Shown piece by piece: positions 58,872 to 64,000 of a stretch of DNA of 64,000 nucleotides. This stretch comes from Tubulanus polymorphus (lineage: Eukaryota > Animalia > Nemertea). Position 1 is the stretch's first letter; every line of letters begins with the position of its first letter. The notes under the pieces are model-generated. The model had not been told where the DNA came from. It did no database searches and saw only the letters and a list, made by a program, of their open reading frames with translations. Both the position numbers and the translations under genes were made by a program. The stretch covers positions 6,200,001 through 6,264,000 of the forward strand of contig NC_134025.1 in the NCBI RefSeq assembly GCF_964204645.1. Direction: 5' to 3'.

Positions 58872-61360
58872 TATTTAGGATATAGATAAACATTTACTGA
58901 TTTGAATTGTGGAACTATGAAGTGGATACGATTGGACTATAATCGGATTATACATGCATATTAGTTCCTGGACATACGAATGATGTGTGCGATTCCGTGG
59001 ATTACTTTTGCACAATTTTTAATACGCATGGACATCAATTCATAAGCATTGTACACACAGTTTTAAACCAGTTATTGCTTAATTTCAACACATTGCCTAG
59101 AGTTATTCTACCAGTTGAATGGCAAGTTATAAAGCCTCAAAGCACACAATTGAATTTCAGTTAATCTAAACTAGCACATTAACCTAACATATTTCTAAAT
59201 AGTTTTTATCCAATAGCACCTATTCACTGTAGATATTGGCACTTAATTGATTAAATTTGTTGTTATTATCATTAAAAACCATTTACCAAAATTTCTGCTA
59301 AAGTTATTTGATTATTGAGGAGTTGTTGGGTTTATATCGAACAGCTGAGAAGTACATTGTCTGTCTGTATCATGTATCGTCCCACGAGCTAATCACATGA
59401 GAGATTTAGGATTAGCTCCAGACATGACGTAGGCTGCAGTGAAGTGCGTCTTTGATCTTTAGAATGATATCGCCCCATTTCACTTTCACCTTGACTTTGA
59501 AATAAAAAGTACAATGTTACATTAAAAGTACCAGTAAATCACCATTACTCGAATACTCGATACTGAAACAAGAATGAAGGGGATGTTTTTAATTTGTTTA
59601 AATTACATAATACAGTTCCTAGAACGACAGATTGAGAAGTATTAGGTGAGGGCTGCTGATGCGCAGTGATTTAAAAACATTAGAAATGAGTTGTAAAATC
59701 AATCCAGATTATTATTAATGTCATTCTTCTTAGTAATCATTTCACATAGATACAGCAAATAAGATTGTTAAAATGTCATATTTTTGGTAATTGCAAACCT
59801 CAAATTTCTTGTTCCTAGATAGATTGATTCTTATGATTTTCATACCGTATGTACCATAATGAAATAATGAACCAACGGTCCAAACCAATTTCCTGGTCCC
59901 ATGAAGTTCATCGCAACAAGGTTCGCTGTATTAAATTCGTACACTATAATTGAAAGTATTATAAGAATTATCTACCAGTTAATATTACTCAATTGTTATT
60001 ATTGGATACTACAGTATATTGGATATACTGCAGATTGAATATGGTTGTTAGACCCGGTAAATGTGAATTCATTTTCTGTCGAATGTTGTTGTAAGTTACA
60101 TCATTAAAAACTGAGATTTACTCATAATCCCGCGATAGTTCAATCATCAGTCAGTGCTGCTCCGTTGCCATGGTTATCGTGAGTCGCGAGAAAAACAAAG
60201 CATGTCAATGAGCTTCCCCCACAACAGAATCCTGCAAACTTCTCTCCATTTCTGAAAATACAGAGGCAACCTCAGCGTAGAAGTGACTTATACAGCCTGT
60301 TAAGAAATTATTTGTATTCAGTAATAACATTTTCGATTTTATTTGTTATGGGCATTTTCTGAAATTGCTAAGCGGAAATAGGGTTGAAAAAATCCTTTAT
60401 TTTGTTAATATTCCTCCAGAGGCTGTATTCGGTAAATGATAGGGAAACATTGAAATTCTATATTGATTTACTGGGGAAGAAAGATACCGTTGATTAAATA
60501 CGCCATTTCGTTCTTGACTGATGGAATATTTCCGGTTTTCGATCTTGACACAACCCGAGGGTATTTTTCTAAGCAACAGGAATGTCGCTTTAAATAATCT
60601 TTCAACAATATACATTTTATTAAAAGTCTGATGTATATTTTTGAAATTGCCGAAGTATTAATTATGTATGCAGCACTTAACCCAGATATACCTCGAAAAA
60701 TCAGCCTCAAGAATTCCAATATCGGTTAACATCGCACCCTGGTACATTAGTTTCACAGAAATATATCGACTGAAAAAATATGAAAATGTAGTAATACAAT
60801 TAGAACGCGACATGTATATAGACCTGTTCACCCACGTAGTATATATCAGTAAAAATATTGATGGTGATTTATCAGCATTGTGAGTGAAGCTGAAGGCTTC
60901 AGAATCCTGTATAATTACTGTAACGCGCGCATCTCTCCAATCAGAAACTGACTTGTATCCGCATCAAGAGTTGGAATTAAGTAAAGATAATTGAGTACAG
61001 CCTACTCCAAAACCACGCGTGGTACATCCCCAAAATCAATGCATAATGTGATTGAACAACTCGGCTAGTTAAACTTCCCCAGTAGATACAACTGCCTTAA
61101 TATCATCACCAACTACACTGCGAAATCTCAATATATCAACGATAAAATATCGATATATCAGAAGTCACATATCCGTGGTGGAGTATATGGCGTCCTTTGG
61201 GATGTTTCCTTCAAGTGCAACTTGTAGCTGTTACCAGGGTAATGGGAATTGATAAAACGTAATTCATCTTAGCAAATTTGTCGAATTCAATCACTGGCAT
61301 TTAATGCGTCTGCGAAATCCGTCGTAGACCAAGTGTGGAAATGTGTGATCAGTGAAATCC

Positions 61361-61552
61361 GGGCCCTGAGTTTTATAGAGTCACTATGACTAACCCGGTG
61401 TATATTTTGAAATCTTCCCTCTGTTAGTTATTTATGGCCATGTTTTAGAATTTCAAAGTCAGGCAAACCTAAGCCCGGTTTTATTAACTCAATTCATTTT
61501 CAATTGATTTAGCCCTGGGTTAAAGATAATACCAGTCCATAAAACCGGCCCC
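61361..61552. mobile_element. MITE related to 19734-19838
   Basis: gggccctgagttttatagag / taataccagtccataaaaccggcccc termini. Confidence 0.55.
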
Positions 61553-64000
61553 TAGATATCATCTTTTTGATTCCGACAAACTGGATGAATTTAGTTGGTT
61601 GCAAAAGATCTGGATCGAGCAAGTTTAATTGTAATCAAGCATTTGGCGTTATTAACGATGATACCAGATTCGCACAGATTTTCTTTTATTGAATTCCATT
61701 CTTTTCCGTGTTCTACGATGAAGATCTTATGGTTTTAGATCACGTTGATGTACGCAGGGAGCTCGGCTTTGATTTGTGACACATCATTTAGCTCAAGGGA
61801 GTAAAGTTTCCGCACTCGTTCCATCAATAATCAGGAATTTTAGTCATCGGGAGAAATTAACATCAATACCACGACACGTTTGCAAAGGGTTAACTACGAT
61901 ATTCCCATATTACAAGAATCAGCACAGCTGTCGCTCAGCGCTCTGCAGTATTAGAACAGTGGTGACTGTCACCGAGGCAGACACCATCAGCTGAGTACTG
62001 GGGCTTCCTATTATAATCAGCATTACCGCAAAACGCCGACTACACAATGATTAATCCTTGAAGATCTCGGCACATGTCGGATTATCACTTGCTTACCAAC
62101 CAACATTTGATGATTCTATGGATTATAAGGATATTTGATAATAATACCCTTTTTCTGCTTTTCCTCGGAGTTCATCCGGGGATAAGACGTTTATTTCTCG
62201 TCCAGAAACGTTTTCGCCTTTCTCGAGGATTCAAGAAATAGGATTAAGTCGGATGTGGTCGGTGGAGATCTGATATAACACTCGCATAAGCTGTTAATTA
62301 CACGTGTGTAGACAAAAGGTAAATGCCGGAAATTCTTTGATAGCTGTCTATCATCATTGTTAGCTACTTAGCTGTTCAGAATATTCTGTTAGAAGATATT
62401 AAATCATCGATTAATGATTTGATAATTACGATGCTAGAATTTTGTTGTAGGTTTGGCAATTTTACAGGTAATCGAATTGTTCAGTGGAGAAATTTCCTCT
62501 CTTACATTTGACTTAGATATCGATTTTAAGGTTTTTCCTTCAAAAAAGTCTGCGAAAATATTTATTGCCCAACACATTGGAAATAGATCCATCTACGGAA
62601 TAATCAATTACGCTGGTTTCCTTAGTTTGTTCCGAGAACCCATAAATTTTGATTATGAAGACGAAGACTCTCAAAGTCTTGATGTGTGGATTTTCTCCAT
62701 AAGGATGTTATTGAGACTGAGTACAAACTTATGCAAATATTTCAAAATTTCTATTATATAGGGCTGTATTCTATACTGGGGTAAGATGATTACTACTGTC
62801 GATGAATGAAAATATGTTCTACACTTTTTGGACTGTAAAAGTACTCGCACAGATTTCTATTTAACTTTGTATTAAACCATTCTTTTTGACGTGGAATTAC
62901 TTTAGTTTTTTTGTGAAAACTACAGACATGCTGAGAGTACACACAATCATAGCGAATGATATAAAACTCAAAACCCTTGAAGAAAGTATTTGAACGTTGT
63001 TTGCCTGATTTATGTGTTTTCTGATTTCTTCCATTGTATTCGTCTCAAAGTAACTGGTTTTTTCTCGACTTATAACGCGACTTACGAGCGTGAATTATTT
63101 ACCAATTTTATGGACCTATTTCTCATGCTCATTGTTAGTTGCTCTACCTCAGTTAAATATGATTGGAATCTAGAACTAGATTGATATTCCCACGGTGGGG
63201 ATTTTTCATATTCATTAACTTTGTAGATATGTATATATGCTCGTTATACATAACGTATATGTATAGACTTTTAAGTGAATATGTGATTACTGATCATTCA
63301 ATATGGACAATATTTTGATTAGCAGCCAGACACTACTGAAACATTGAGTAAGTTTTGTATTTCTACTTTTAAGCGGTGGCCACACCTTTGCCTCCTAGCC
63401 AACCTGCTTGAAGCCACTACTATATCTGGACAGATTTGCTTTGAAGGCCAGCCTGCACTCGGGACATGAGTAGCAATTTGATTTGAAACTCTGAATCTGG
63501 CACATTAAGTCTTCAAATCCATCGATTTACTCTAAAAGCTCTTGATGGATTTGAATTTTTTTACGGACTGGAATCGTATTGTCGTATGGCACGCTATTTC
63601 TCTATTTATTATCCTGGTGCATTACAAAATGTATTTACAGTAGGTACCGTTATATAAGTTGTAGCTGTTTGGCTTAAAAATTATGTTTGGCTTGGACTGA
63701 TTTTTCTTCTTGTTGAATGCCATGAGATAAGAATTGCCCCTATAGTTATGATTAGTTTATTCAATCCAACAGTTACGTAAAAGTCACCTATAATTATGAA
63801 GAGTTAACAACATATCAGTTATACAAGTGCCACCTTGATTGCATTTATACAACTTAGCTTTTCAAGTACAGTATTGACTATCATTTTTGTTGATTAGAAA
63901 AAAACGTATTGGTAAAACAAATAACGAAGGGTAATAGAATATGTTAAACATGTCCCACAATATATATTAGAATGAATTATATATGAGAATTGCGACCTAT

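Overview
AT-rich, compact-intron eukaryotic (bilaterian invertebrate-like, probably lophotrochozoan) genomic DNA; no prokaryotic features or CRISPR. Left to right: a tandem duplication giving two PTGR2 copies (-) with a dead TRAPPC10 5' fragment between them; intact TRAPPC10 (+); an R3-type receptor tyrosine phosphatase (Ptp10D/PTPRB-like, -) with two apparent signal-peptide first-exon sets; a repeat-rich interval containing a spliced, apparently non-coding locus (-) with duplicated exon blocks and a 5.6 kb inverted-repeat-bounded segment; RPS4 (-) carrying three SNORA16/snR46-like H/ACA snoRNAs in one intron, head-to-head with MTF1 (+); APEX1 (-) with an in-frame mitochondrial-type leader, 47 bp head-to-head from LYRM2 (+). 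Several short palindromic elements carry Penelope-type minimal hammerhead ribozyme cores, one with an intact core. Exon structures were assembled by eye from GT-AG sites and reading frames; homology calls come from recalled motifs, not from database searches.
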